Shown here piece by piece: positions 38,057 to 45,655 of a stretch of DNA of 64,000 nucleotides. The DNA is from Acidobacteriota bacterium (GTDB lineage Bacteria; Acidobacteriota; Blastocatellia; Pyrinomonadales; Pyrinomonadaceae). Numbering within the stretch: position 1 is the stretch's first letter; the number at the start of each line of letters is the position of its first letter. The notes beneath the pieces were generated by a model. It made no database searches. It was not told where the DNA came from and saw nothing but the letters and a program-made list of their open reading frames with translations. A program made the position numbers and the translations under genes. Location of the stretch: assembly GCA_019242475.1 (NCBI GenBank), contig JAFAVK010000078.1:18809-82808 (forward strand). The letters are read 5' to 3'.

Positions 38057-39361
38057 TCACCTGGCGGGGAGCGCCGGCTCGCGCTCGCCGCGGACGCGGT
38101 TGGAGGGCTCGGCGCAGAAGTCGGCCATGCGCTTCACGTTCCAATCCTCGGGCCAGCCGAAGGCGCGGCGCAGGTGCAGCAGCCACGCGACGAGGCCCGC
38201 CTCCGGGTTGAAGTAAAGCTCGTGCAAAGCGCGCGCCGTCTTGCCCCCCGAGCGCATCGCGTACTCCCTGGACGGCAGTTGAAAGTAGGTGTGAATCTGG
38301 AACGTGGACGCGCCGCGCAGGAGGTACGCGGCGGCCGCGCGCCCCGAGGTGATGTTGCCCGTCGCGCTCAAGGGGGCGCGGCACGCCTTGACCTCGCCCG
38401 CCTGCTCCAGCGCGCGCAGCCGCGCGAGCACCGAGAGGTTGCGCGCGCTCAGGTCTGGCCCGCCGTAGGCGACGCCGCGCACGCCGCCGAACTCGCGCTC
38501 CGCGTCGAAGAGGCGGTTGGCGTAGACGTGGAAGTCCGGCGCCTCCTCGCCCGTGCACTCCTCGTTGACGGCCCGGAGCATCTCAAGCTGGAAGTCTTCG
38601 CCGAAGACCGCGTTGAAGAACTTGAGGCCGATGGAGACGGGGCGCGGCGCGGCGGCGCGGCGGATGAGCCCGGTCACCTGCGTGAGCCAGCGGATGATCG
38701 TCTGCGACTCGGCGGCGCGGTCGGAGCCGGCGAGCGTGGGGCTGAAGTCCTTCTCGATGGGCATCGGCTCGCGGCCGGGCCAGGACTTCTCCCACACGTC
38801 GAGGAGGCGGCGCGTCGTGTACTCGTACTCGCCCGTCTTCCAGCCGGCCTCGCCGGGGCGCGGCAGGTGGTACTTGCACGAGGGGACGACCGGCATGCGC
38901 GCCGCGACCCCGGCCCCGACCGCCTCGCCGAAGAACTCCAGGTACTTCTCGAAGGTGTCGTACCAGCCGCGCCCCTTCCACGTCACCGTCCACCCCTGCG
39001 TCCCGTCCGAGCCCTTGATGCGCTCGACGAGCATGCGCGTCTCGTGGACGGCCCACTCGCTCATGGACTGCCCGCCGCGCTCGTCCTCGGCGATGATGGT
39101 CTTCAAGACCGCGAAGCCGAGGCCGTCCTCGGCGTCGCGCCGCACCTGGCCCGTGTTGAGCGAGAGCTGCCCCGACGCCTTGCCGAAGGGGTTCTTGACG
39201 GCGAGGCCGCCGTACTCGCTTGAGAGATCGAGGCGGTAACTGTCGCGCACGTACTCTTCGAGCCGCGCGGGCAGCCCCTCGCGGAAGCGCTCGTAGTCGG
39301 CCGCGAGCGCCGCGCTCTCGCGTGCGTCCAGGTTCAAACTATCCAGGACGTGTGAGGTCAT
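38057..39361 (-). CDS. Dihydroorotate/dihydropyrimidine-dehydrogenase-like FMN TIM-barrel protein (function unknown)
   Basis: Start at MTSHVLDSLNL... (ATG 39361). N-terminal substrate-loop-like GGLAVKNPFGKASGQLS and C-terminal FMN-phosphate-site-like TGNITSGRAAAAYLLRGASTFQIHT. At 434 aa it is clearly longer than a class-1 PyrD. Confidence 0.6.
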   Translation of the reverse strand: MTSHVLDSLNLDARESAALAADYERFREGLPARLEEYVRDSYRLDLSSEYGGLAVKNPFGKASGQLSLNTGQVRRDAEDGLGFAVLKTIIAEDERGGQSMSEWAVHETRMLVERIKGSDGTQGWTVTWKGRGWYDTFEKYLEFFGEAVGAGVAARMPVVPSCKYHLPRPGEAGWKTGEYEYTTRRLLDVWEKSWPGREPMPIEKDFSPTLAGSDRAAESQTIIRWLTQVTGLIRRAAAPRPVSIGLKFFNAVFGEDFQLEMLRAVNEECTGEEAPDFHVYANRLFDAEREFGGVRGVAYGGPDLSARNLSVLARLRALEQAGEVKACRAPLSATGNITSGRAAAAYLLRGASTFQIHTYFQLPSREYAMRSGGKTARALHELYFNPEAGLVAWLLHLRRAFGWPEDWNVKRMADFCAEPSNRVRGEREPALPAR

Positions 39362-39368
39362 AAAACTC

Positions 39369-40343
39369 CTACCTTGCCCTCGCCCCCGCGAGGGCTTCGA
39401 GCGTGCGCCCGATCTCTTCGAACTCGCCCTCTCCAAGCCCCGGCCCCCAGGGGTCGTGCGCCGCCTCCGAAGGGAGGACGCCGAGGTGCGCGAGCGCCCA
39501 GAGCACACGGCGGATGTAGCCCTCCAACGGACGGACGAAGAAGCATTCGGCCAGCGCGTCCACCTCCGCCGAGAGTCGCAGGAAGCGCGCGGCGTCGCCC
39601 TCCGCGTGCGCGCGTATGAGGCCGGCCTGTAGCTCGCAGCAGACCGCGCCCATCCCGATGAGGGCGGAGCGCGCCCCGCGCATGAGGCTGTAACCTAAGA
39701 AGCGATCCTCGCCCGTGATGAGCAGCTTTTCCGGGTGGCGCGCGGCGAGCCGGCGCGAAACGTCCTGAAAGGTCATCACGCTGTCGAGCGTCGCCATCTT
39801 GATGCCGACGACCTCCGGCATCGAGAGCAGCTCGTCGAGCACCGACGGTTCGTAGCTGATGCCGCCCGCCTCCTCGTACAGGTAGAAGAGGATTAAGGGC
39901 AGGCCGACCGAGGCGAGCCGCCTGTGATGTTCGACGATCAGCTCGCCGCGCCGCTCTTGCCCGCGCAGCCAGACGGGCGCGTAGGCGAGCAGCGCGTCGG
40001 CGCCGAGCGAGGCGGCGCGCTCGGCCATCTCGACGGCGTCGGCCGTGGCGCGCGCGGGGTCGTCTGTGCGCCGCGAGCCGGCGCCCGCGGCGACGACTCC
40101 GCGGGGAAGCGCCGCGCGCCAGTCCGCGAGAACGCGGTCGGCCGTCTCGCGTTCGAGCAAGAGCCCGCGCCCCGTGTGCGCCCAGACGGCGACGCCCGCG
40201 ACGGGCTGCGCGGCCATGTAGCGCAGGTACGACTCGTGCCCGCCCGCGTGGAGCCGGCCGTCCTCGCCGAGCGGCACGGGCACGGCCGCGACGAGCCCGC
40301 CGTCGAGCCGCGCGCGCAGTCTCTCTGTCGCCTCTTGGTTCAT
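39369..40343 (-). CDS. DapA / N-acetylneuraminate-lyase family class I aldolase-like protein
   Basis: 324 aa. Schiff-base lysine context VVGIKMATLD (compare DapA IVGIKEAT). The N-terminal GTTGE motif is degenerate here (AHTGRG). Confidence 0.75.
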   Translation of the reverse strand: MNQEATERLRARLDGGLVAAVPVPLGEDGRLHAGGHESYLRYMAAQPVAGVAVWAHTGRGLLLERETADRVLADWRAALPRGVVAAGAGSRRTDDPARATADAVEMAERAASLGADALLAYAPVWLRGQERRGELIVEHHRRLASVGLPLILFYLYEEAGGISYEPSVLDELLSMPEVVGIKMATLDSVMTFQDVSRRLAARHPEKLLITGEDRFLGYSLMRGARSALIGMGAVCCELQAGLIRAHAEGDAARFLRLSAEVDALAECFFVRPLEGYIRRVLWALAHLGVLPSEAAHDPWGPGLGEGEFEEIGRTLEALAGARAR

Positions 40344-40346
40344 CGC

Positions 40347-41585
40347 TCAGCCGACGTACGGGACGGAAAGCAGGTTGTTGAGGACGAGCGTGAGCGCGCC
40401 CTTCAGGCTCGGCCGCACGTCGAACGACGAGCGGCGGATGGCGACGGGCTGCTCGCGCGGGGCGAGCACGCTCTTCGCCGTCTCGGCCCGGATGAGCGGC
40501 TCGACCAGGCCCCACGCCCTCGTGATCTCGCCGCCGACGACCACCACGTCCGGGTCGAGCCCGTTGATGAGGCCCGTGATGCCGATGCCGAGGTAGCGCG
40601 CCGTCTCGGAGACGGCCTCGGTCGCCGCCGGGTCGCCCGACTCGACCAGCTCGACGAGCTTGCGCATCGAGGGCGCGCGGCGGCCCTGCGCGCCGCGGAG
40701 CTGCTGGTAGCGGGCCACCGTCGCCTTGTCCGAGGCGTACAAGTCCCAGCAGCCGCGCTGGCCGCAGCGGCACTCGGGGCCGTTGAGGTCGATCATGACG
40801 TGGCCGAACTGGCCGGCGACGTTGTTGCCGCCGCGGTAGAGCGCGCCGTCGATGACGACGCCGCAGGCGAGGCCCGCGCTGACGCCGACGTAAAGCAGGT
40901 TGCGCGCCTGCGCGAGCGCCTTGCCGTGCCAGATCTCGGCGAGTGCGGCGCAGCGCGCGGAGTTGTCGATGGTGACGGGCAGGCCCGAGGACTCCTCCAG
41001 CCACTCGACGACGGGGACTTCGCGCCAGGGGAGGACGACCGAGGCGAGGAAGCGTCCCGCCTGGCTGTTGACGGGGCCGGGGAGGCTGACGCCCACGCCG
41101 GCCGCGTCGATGAACTCGGCGTGCTCCTCGCGCAGGCGCTTGACCTCGCGCCCGATCTCGCCGAGGAAGGAGCGCGCGTCCGCGCCCGTCTCGAAGCTGC
41201 GGCGGGCGACGATGCGGCTGTTGAAGTCGGCGAGCGCGAGGATGGTCTCGTCGGCGCGCACGTCGAGCCCGAAGAGGCCGTGGCGCAGCGGGTTGAGCCG
41301 GAGCGGGGTCGGGGGCTTGCCGCCGATGGGGGTGGTGCGCCCCCCGCCGTCGTCTTCAATCAGGTAGCGGTCGCGCAGAAGCTCGCCCGTGATCATCGAG
41401 ACGGTCGCCTTGTTGAGCCCGCTCACCTTCGCCAGCTCGGCGCGAGAGATCGGCTGGCGGTCGGAGAGGATGCTCAGCAGGATGCGACTGTTGACGAGCC
41501 GCAGCGTGTCGTGGCCGGCCGCGCGCACCGAGTCCAGGTTCGGCTTGCGCGACATGCCGCCGCGGGTTGAGACGGACTTCGACAT
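40347..41585 (-). CDS. ROK-family transcriptional regulator (second copy)
   Basis: Start taken at MSKSVSTRGG... (ATG 41585). HTH region (VNSRILLSILSDRQPISRAELAKVSGLNKATVSMITGEL). ROK signature (VGVSAGLACGVVIDGALYRGGNNVAGQFGHV) and Zn motif CRCGQRGCWD. Confidence 0.9.
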   Translation of the reverse strand: MSKSVSTRGGMSRKPNLDSVRAAGHDTLRLVNSRILLSILSDRQPISRAELAKVSGLNKATVSMITGELLRDRYLIEDDGGGRTTPIGGKPPTPLRLNPLRHGLFGLDVRADETILALADFNSRIVARRSFETGADARSFLGEIGREVKRLREEHAEFIDAAGVGVSLPGPVNSQAGRFLASVVLPWREVPVVEWLEESSGLPVTIDNSARCAALAEIWHGKALAQARNLLYVGVSAGLACGVVIDGALYRGGNNVAGQFGHVMIDLNGPECRCGQRGCWDLYASDKATVARYQQLRGAQGRRAPSMRKLVELVESGDPAATEAVSETARYLGIGITGLINGLDPDVVVVGGEITRAWGLVEPLIRAETAKSVLAPREQPVAIRRSSFDVRPSLKGALTLVLNNLLSVPYVG

Positions 41586-41640
41586 CTTTACTACTCGCCT
41601 TCCCTTCCTTGTTGGTTGCGCAAGTGTAGCGGCACGGGCC

Positions 41641-41684
41641 AAAGGAAAGGAAGGCAGAGGGGCGCGGCCGTGGCCCCTCTTGCC
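41641..41684 (-). terminator. Intrinsic-terminator-like hairpin plus U-rich tract after the second receptor gene
   Basis: On the minus strand: GGCAAGAGGGGC-cacggccgc-GCCCCTCTGCC (plus-strand 41653..41684, 11 bp with one bulged T). It is followed by UUCCUUUCCUUU (plus-strand 41641..41652). It starts 23 nt after the stop codon at 41708..41710. Confidence 0.55.
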
Positions 41685-41707
41685 TTCCCCGTTGCCGCGA
41701 CGCCGCT

Positions 41708-44700
41708 TCAGAAGGTCAGGCGCAGCCGCAGGCGGATCGTCCGGCGGTCGTCAATGCCCTCGTCCGCGTAGCTCTTCCGGATGCGGCCGAAGTCCGGGTT
41801 GAACTCCACGCACGTCCCGCCGTCCTGCGCCGCGTCCGACTCGCAACTGATGTTGCGAATCGGCTGGAGGCGCCCGGCGCCGTCCACGCCGAGGAAGATC
41901 GTGCCGACGTTGGAGAAGTTGATGGCGTCGTCAACGTTCGTCGGCGAGTGCAGCGGGTGGTTGAAGGCGTTGTTGAGGTCGGCCCCGACCTCCAGCTTCA
42001 TCCCCTCCCTGATGCGGAAGCTCTTGCGCAGGCCGAGGCTCGCGCCCCAGGTGCCCGGGCCGGTCAGCGCGTTGCGGCGGACGAGGTTCGGGTCGTCGAG
42101 CAGGCCCGCGCCCATCGAGGGCGGCGCGAAGGCCGCCACGTTGAAGATGGCCCCGGCCGTCCCGCCGTAGGGGCTCGTGCCCGAGGCGAGGATGGGGCGG
42201 AACGAGGTGCTCGTGGCGAAGCCGCCGAGCGCGTCTATCGAGTCGCTGGCGACGTTGCCGGGGAAGACCGGGTCGCAGTTGCCGCAGAAGTAGAAGGGCG
42301 TGAAGCCCGTGCCGCTCTTGGCGAACATGTTCCAGGAGAGCTGCCAGCCGCCGAGCGTCTGGTCGAGCCACGGCGCGGCGTCGGTGCCGTACGCCCGCCC
42401 CTTGCCGAACGGCAGGTCAACCAGGCCGTAGGCGATGAAGCGGTGGCGCGAGACGAAGGCGTCGCGGCTGAAGTCGTTGCCGGGGTTGAACTGGTTGTAG
42501 ACCGTCCCGCCCAGCGACGAGTTGCCGGTGTCGAGGCCGCTGCCCTTCTGGTCGAGGAGCGTGTAGCTGACGTTGAAGGTGAAGCCGTTCGAGAAGCGGC
42601 GGTTGGCCTCGACCTGCAAGGCGTGCGAGCGCCCCGTCCCGATGTTGTCGTAGCTGAGCAGGAAGGTGCCCAGCTCGGGGAACGGCAGGCGCGCCCGGTC
42701 GGCGTCGGAGATGACGCAGTCGCCGTCGTTCGGCGAGCAGGGGTCGCCGGCGTCGTTGCGCGTGCCGAACGGCGTGTTGCTCGGCGGGAGCAGGTTCAGG
42801 TCGGAGCCGCCGATCAGCCCGTGCAGACGGCTGCCGAGGTAGGAGACGCGCAGGCCCGTCTTCCAGCCCACCTCGTGCTCGACGGTGACGTTGTACTGCT
42901 CGATGCGCGGCTGCTGGAGGTCGAAGGGGATCAGGTTAACCGACGGCACGGTGCTGGCCGCGTCGAGGCGGCCGCCGCTGAAGGGCGTCTGCCCCGCGGG
43001 CGTCAGGCCGCCCGGCCAGCCGCCGAGCGAGAAGCCGCCGGCGGTGCGCGCCCTGCGCCCCTGGTTGAAGGGCACGGAGGCGAGCGCGTCGCGGATGCCC
43101 TGCGCGGCCGAGGTCGGGAAGAAGAAGCCGTAGCCGCCGCGCAGGACGGTCTTGTCGGTCAGACGCCAGGCCAGGCCGAGGCGCGGCGCGAAGTTGTTCT
43201 TGTCGGCGTTGACGAGGCCGCGCGGGAGGCCCGCCTGCTCGGCCGTCACCACGCCGTAGTTGACCATCGCCGGGTCGATGAGCGGGATGACCGAGGCGTC
43301 CGGCACGACGAAGCGGCCGCGGCGCCCGTTCGCCCCGACGAAGGTCGGGTCGAAGTTGACGAGCAGGTTGTTCGCCTCGTTGAAGGGCGTGAGCAGCTCG
43401 TAGCGCAGGCCCAGGTTGAGCGTGACGCGCGGGTGGATGCGCCAGTCGTCCTGCACGAAGAGGCCGTGCTCCCAGTTCGAGGCGTCGAGGCCGGGCCGGA
43501 GCTGGTTCACGTAGAAGGCCGAGTTCGCCGGCTGGCCGAGGAGGAAGCGCCCGAACGGGTCGAGGTTGGTGCCCGTGTAGTCGATGCGCCCGCGCGGGTT
43601 GCCGCGGTTCGCCGTGAAGTCGTCCACGGCGCGGTTGCGCACCGAGTCGAAGCCGCCCTTGAAAGTGTGCTTGCCCTTCGACCAAGTCACCGTGTCGCCG
43701 AAGGTCATCAAGTCCTGGTTGAGCCGGCGGTCAACGCTCCGGCCGCCGTTGGTGAAGCGGGTGAAGTTCTGGATGCGCAACTCCGGCTGGCCGAAGGTGT
43801 CGAGCGGGACGGAGCCGATGACCGAGCCGACCGCGCTGATGTCCGCGTCGCTGAAGCCGATGGAGGTGTAGAACTGGCGCAGCGTAATCGGCGCGTGCGA
43901 GAAGACGTTTTGGCGGTTGAAGCCGCCGCGCAGCTCGTTGACGAGCGTCGGGCGGAAGACGCGCGTGTAGGAGAGCGAGAGGGTGTGGTTGGTCTGCTCG
44001 TTCTCGCGCAGCCCGAAGGCCGGGTAGGCCGTGCCGGCGACGGCGCCCGCGTCCCGGGGCCGGTTCTGGAAGTTGTAAACCGCGTAGAACTTGTCGTTCG
44101 GCGAGAAGTCCTGATCGACGCGCGCCGTCACGAGGTCGCGCGTCTCGCGCTGCGTCAGGTTCTGCGCGAAGTTGACGAGGCGGCCGAAGGAGTCGGTCGG
44201 CGCGTCGAGGCTCGACTTCGGGTAGTAGACGTTTATGAGCTTGGCGACCGTCGGGTTGATGAGGCGCTGCGGGATGTTGATGAAGCGGCGCGTGCTGCCG
44301 ACCAGGACGGTGTTGTTCGCCAGCTCCTGCGCCGTCAGCAGCGGCAGAATGTTCGCCGGGACGGCCGGCTTGCGCGCGTTGCTGATCTGCGAGAAGTCGC
44401 CGTTCAGGAGCCGCTGGCCGGGCAGCCCGCTCCTGGACGAGAAGCGGATGGGCGTCAGGTTCCAGCGGCGCTCGTAGGAGCCGAGGAAGAAGGTGTGCTT
44501 GGAGCCGGGGACGGGGCCGCCGATTGAGCCGCCCGTCTCGTTGAGGTTGAAGTAGGGCTTGGGAAAGTCCGGCGCCGCCGGGTTCGGCGTGAAGTTCGCC
44601 AGGTCAATCTTGTCGCCGATGCTCCAGGCCGCGAGCGCCGAGTTCTTGTTGTTGTAGAAGAGCGACCCGTGGTACTGGCTCGTGCCGCGCTTGGTCTCGA

Positions 44701-45397
44701 TGCGGATGTTGGCGATGCCGGCGTACTCGGCCGAGAAGTTGTTCGAGAGCACGGTCAGCTCGCCGATGGCCTCGAGCGACGGCTGGCTCGTGGTCGGCTC
44801 GCCGAAGATGCCGCCGTTCGAGCGCTGGCCGTCGAGCGAGAAGGAGGCGCCGTAGCTCTGCGCCCCGATGAACTTGAAGGCCGTGTCCTCGTTCCCCGAG
44901 GTGATGTTCGGGTTCAGGTAGAGGAAGCTGTAGATGTCGCGGCTGTCGCGCGGCAACTCGGTCAGTTGCTGGGTCGTCAGGTTCCCACTGATCGTCGGCG
45001 TCTCGGTCTGAATGATCCCGGCTTCGGCCGTCACGTCCACGGTAGTGGTCGCCTCGCCGACCTCGAGCCTGGCGTCGGCCCGCACCACGTCGCTGCCCGT
45101 CAGCACGGCACTGATGACGGTGGTCTTGAACCCCTGGGCGGTGACGGTCACGCGGTAATTGCCGTACTTGAGACCGGCCGCCTCGTAGTAGCCCTCCCCG
45201 TTGGTCTTAAGATCACGCGAAGTGTTAGTCGCCAGATCCGTCACCTGCACCGAGGCGTTCGAGATCACCGCGTCGCTGGGGTCGGTCACGGTGCCGCGGA
45301 TCGTTCCGAGGTTCGTACCTTGCGCGAGCGCCGCGACCGGCACGAAAACGAGGCACGCAGCCAACAGGATGGCTGACAAGACTCCGTTACTTCTCAT
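41708..45397 (-). CDS. Oar-like TonB-dependent receptor with N-terminal carboxypeptidase-regulatory-like domain (second copy)
   Basis: Start taken at MRSNGVLSAILLAACLVFVPVAALAQ (ATG 45397, AAGGAG 7 nt upstream). CarboxypepD_reg-like domain (GTIRGTVTDPSDAVISNASVQVTDLATNTSRDLKTNGEGYYEAAGLKYGNYRVTVTAQGFK), plug, and a long barrel ending ...RLRLRLTF. Confidence 0.9.
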   Translation of the reverse strand: MRSNGVLSAILLAACLVFVPVAALAQGTNLGTIRGTVTDPSDAVISNASVQVTDLATNTSRDLKTNGEGYYEAAGLKYGNYRVTVTAQGFKTTVISAVLTGSDVVRADARLEVGEATTTVDVTAEAGIIQTETPTISGNLTTQQLTELPRDSRDIYSFLYLNPNITSGNEDTAFKFIGAQSYGASFSLDGQRSNGGIFGEPTTSQPSLEAIGELTVLSNNFSAEYAGIANIRIETKRGTSQYHGSLFYNNKNSALAAWSIGDKIDLANFTPNPAAPDFPKPYFNLNETGGSIGGPVPGSKHTFFLGSYERRWNLTPIRFSSRSGLPGQRLLNGDFSQISNARKPAVPANILPLLTAQELANNTVLVGSTRRFINIPQRLINPTVAKLINVYYPKSSLDAPTDSFGRLVNFAQNLTQRETRDLVTARVDQDFSPNDKFYAVYNFQNRPRDAGAVAGTAYPAFGLRENEQTNHTLSLSYTRVFRPTLVNELRGGFNRQNVFSHAPITLRQFYTSIGFSDADISAVGSVIGSVPLDTFGQPELRIQNFTRFTNGGRSVDRRLNQDLMTFGDTVTWSKGKHTFKGGFDSVRNRAVDDFTANRGNPRGRIDYTGTNLDPFGRFLLGQPANSAFYVNQLRPGLDASNWEHGLFVQDDWRIHPRVTLNLGLRYELLTPFNEANNLLVNFDPTFVGANGRRGRFVVPDASVIPLIDPAMVNYGVVTAEQAGLPRGLVNADKNNFAPRLGLAWRLTDKTVLRGGYGFFFPTSAAQGIRDALASVPFNQGRRARTAGGFSLGGWPGGLTPAGQTPFSGGRLDAASTVPSVNLIPFDLQQPRIEQYNVTVEHEVGWKTGLRVSYLGSRLHGLIGGSDLNLLPPSNTPFGTRNDAGDPCSPNDGDCVISDADRARLPFPELGTFLLSYDNIGTGRSHALQVEANRRFSNGFTFNVSYTLLDQKGSGLDTGNSSLGGTVYNQFNPGNDFSRDAFVSRHRFIAYGLVDLPFGKGRAYGTDAAPWLDQTLGGWQLSWNMFAKSGTGFTPFYFCGNCDPVFPGNVASDSIDALGGFATSTSFRPILASGTSPYGGTAGAIFNVAAFAPPSMGAGLLDDPNLVRRNALTGPGTWGASLGLRKSFRIREGMKLEVGADLNNAFNHPLHSPTNVDDAINFSNVGTIFLGVDGAGRLQPIRNISCESDAAQDGGTCVEFNPDFGRIRKSYADEGIDDRRTIRLRLRLTF

Positions 45398-45460
45398 TAA
45401 TAGACTCCTTGCCATGAGGGAAGTTTCATCCGAGATCGGCGGACGGCCGCGCGGCCCGGC

Positions 45461-45481
45461 TTAGTTGACAGCTTAAACTAA
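45461..45481. promoter_or_regulatory. 21-bp palindrome TTAGTT-N9-AACTAA, candidate ROK-repressor operator
   Basis: TTAGTTgacagcttaAACTAA with perfect 6+6 arms, about 64 nt upstream of the receptor start codon. A second copy with the same span is at 51908..51928. Confidence 0.45.
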
Positions 45482-45562
45482 CGGGGCAAAACCTTGAACT
45501 ATGTTGGACGCTTTACGCGAGTCGGGGAGCGACTTGCAGCAGACTTAACCCTGCGAAGCGTG

Positions 45563-45591
45563 CTTATACCACGCCCGGAGCCCTGGCGCAA
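45563..45591 (-). promoter_or_regulatory. Extended -10 promoter candidate (TGGTATAAG) for the 16-gene unit
   Basis: The minus strand reads TTGCGC (45591..45586), 17 nt, TGgTATAAG (45571..45563). The same 9-mer core recurs at 52057..52049 (-) and 52149..52157 (+), each time pointing at the downstream gene. Confidence 0.35.
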
Positions 45592-45655
45592 CAGATTTGT
45601 TTACGACAACAACTTTCCCTGCGATCCGCTCGCCGACAGCGGCCATCTCCGAAGG

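Noticed and set aside
38055-38558. N-terminal extensions offered by the ORF track. These are 37200..38558 and, likewise, the 5' parts of 38057..39508, 45656..47338, 47140..49065, 18185..19450, 15512..18397, 29472..30590, 40347..41642 and 41708..45415.
   Set aside because: The extensions are basic, low-complexity sequence and overlap the upstream gene. Internal Met codons give proper signal peptides or family-typical N-termini, often with an AAGGAG/GGAGG site in front.
38057-40343. Calling the two genes pyrD (dihydroorotate dehydrogenase) and dapA (lysine biosynthesis).
   Set aside because: They sit in a sugar-catabolic operon under a ROK regulator. The DHOD-like protein is about 120 aa too long for class-1 PyrD. 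The DapA-like protein has a degenerate GTTGE motif. Only family-level calls are justified.
39358-41570. Two 548-aa ORFs (39358..41004 minus, 39924..41570 plus) that overlap the DapA-like and ROK genes.
   Set aside because: Their translations are Arg/Ala/Gly/Pro-rich low-complexity strings with no motifs. This is typical of off-frame and antisense ORFs in GC-rich DNA. The competing frames encode proteins with clear family signatures (VVGIKMAT, ROK Zn motif).
41948-44527. An 859-aa plus-strand ORF antisense to receptor gene 2. Similar long shadow ORFs occur elsewhere (for example 16064..17836, 34826..36265, 48914..50668, 60307..61806, 60504..62669, 58890..60398, 54010..55455).
   Set aside because: They have the same Arg/Gly/Ala/Val/Asp-rich composition, no signal or domain motifs, and always lie opposite or out of frame to a gene with strong family evidence. 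I treat them as GC-content artefacts, not as overprinted genes.
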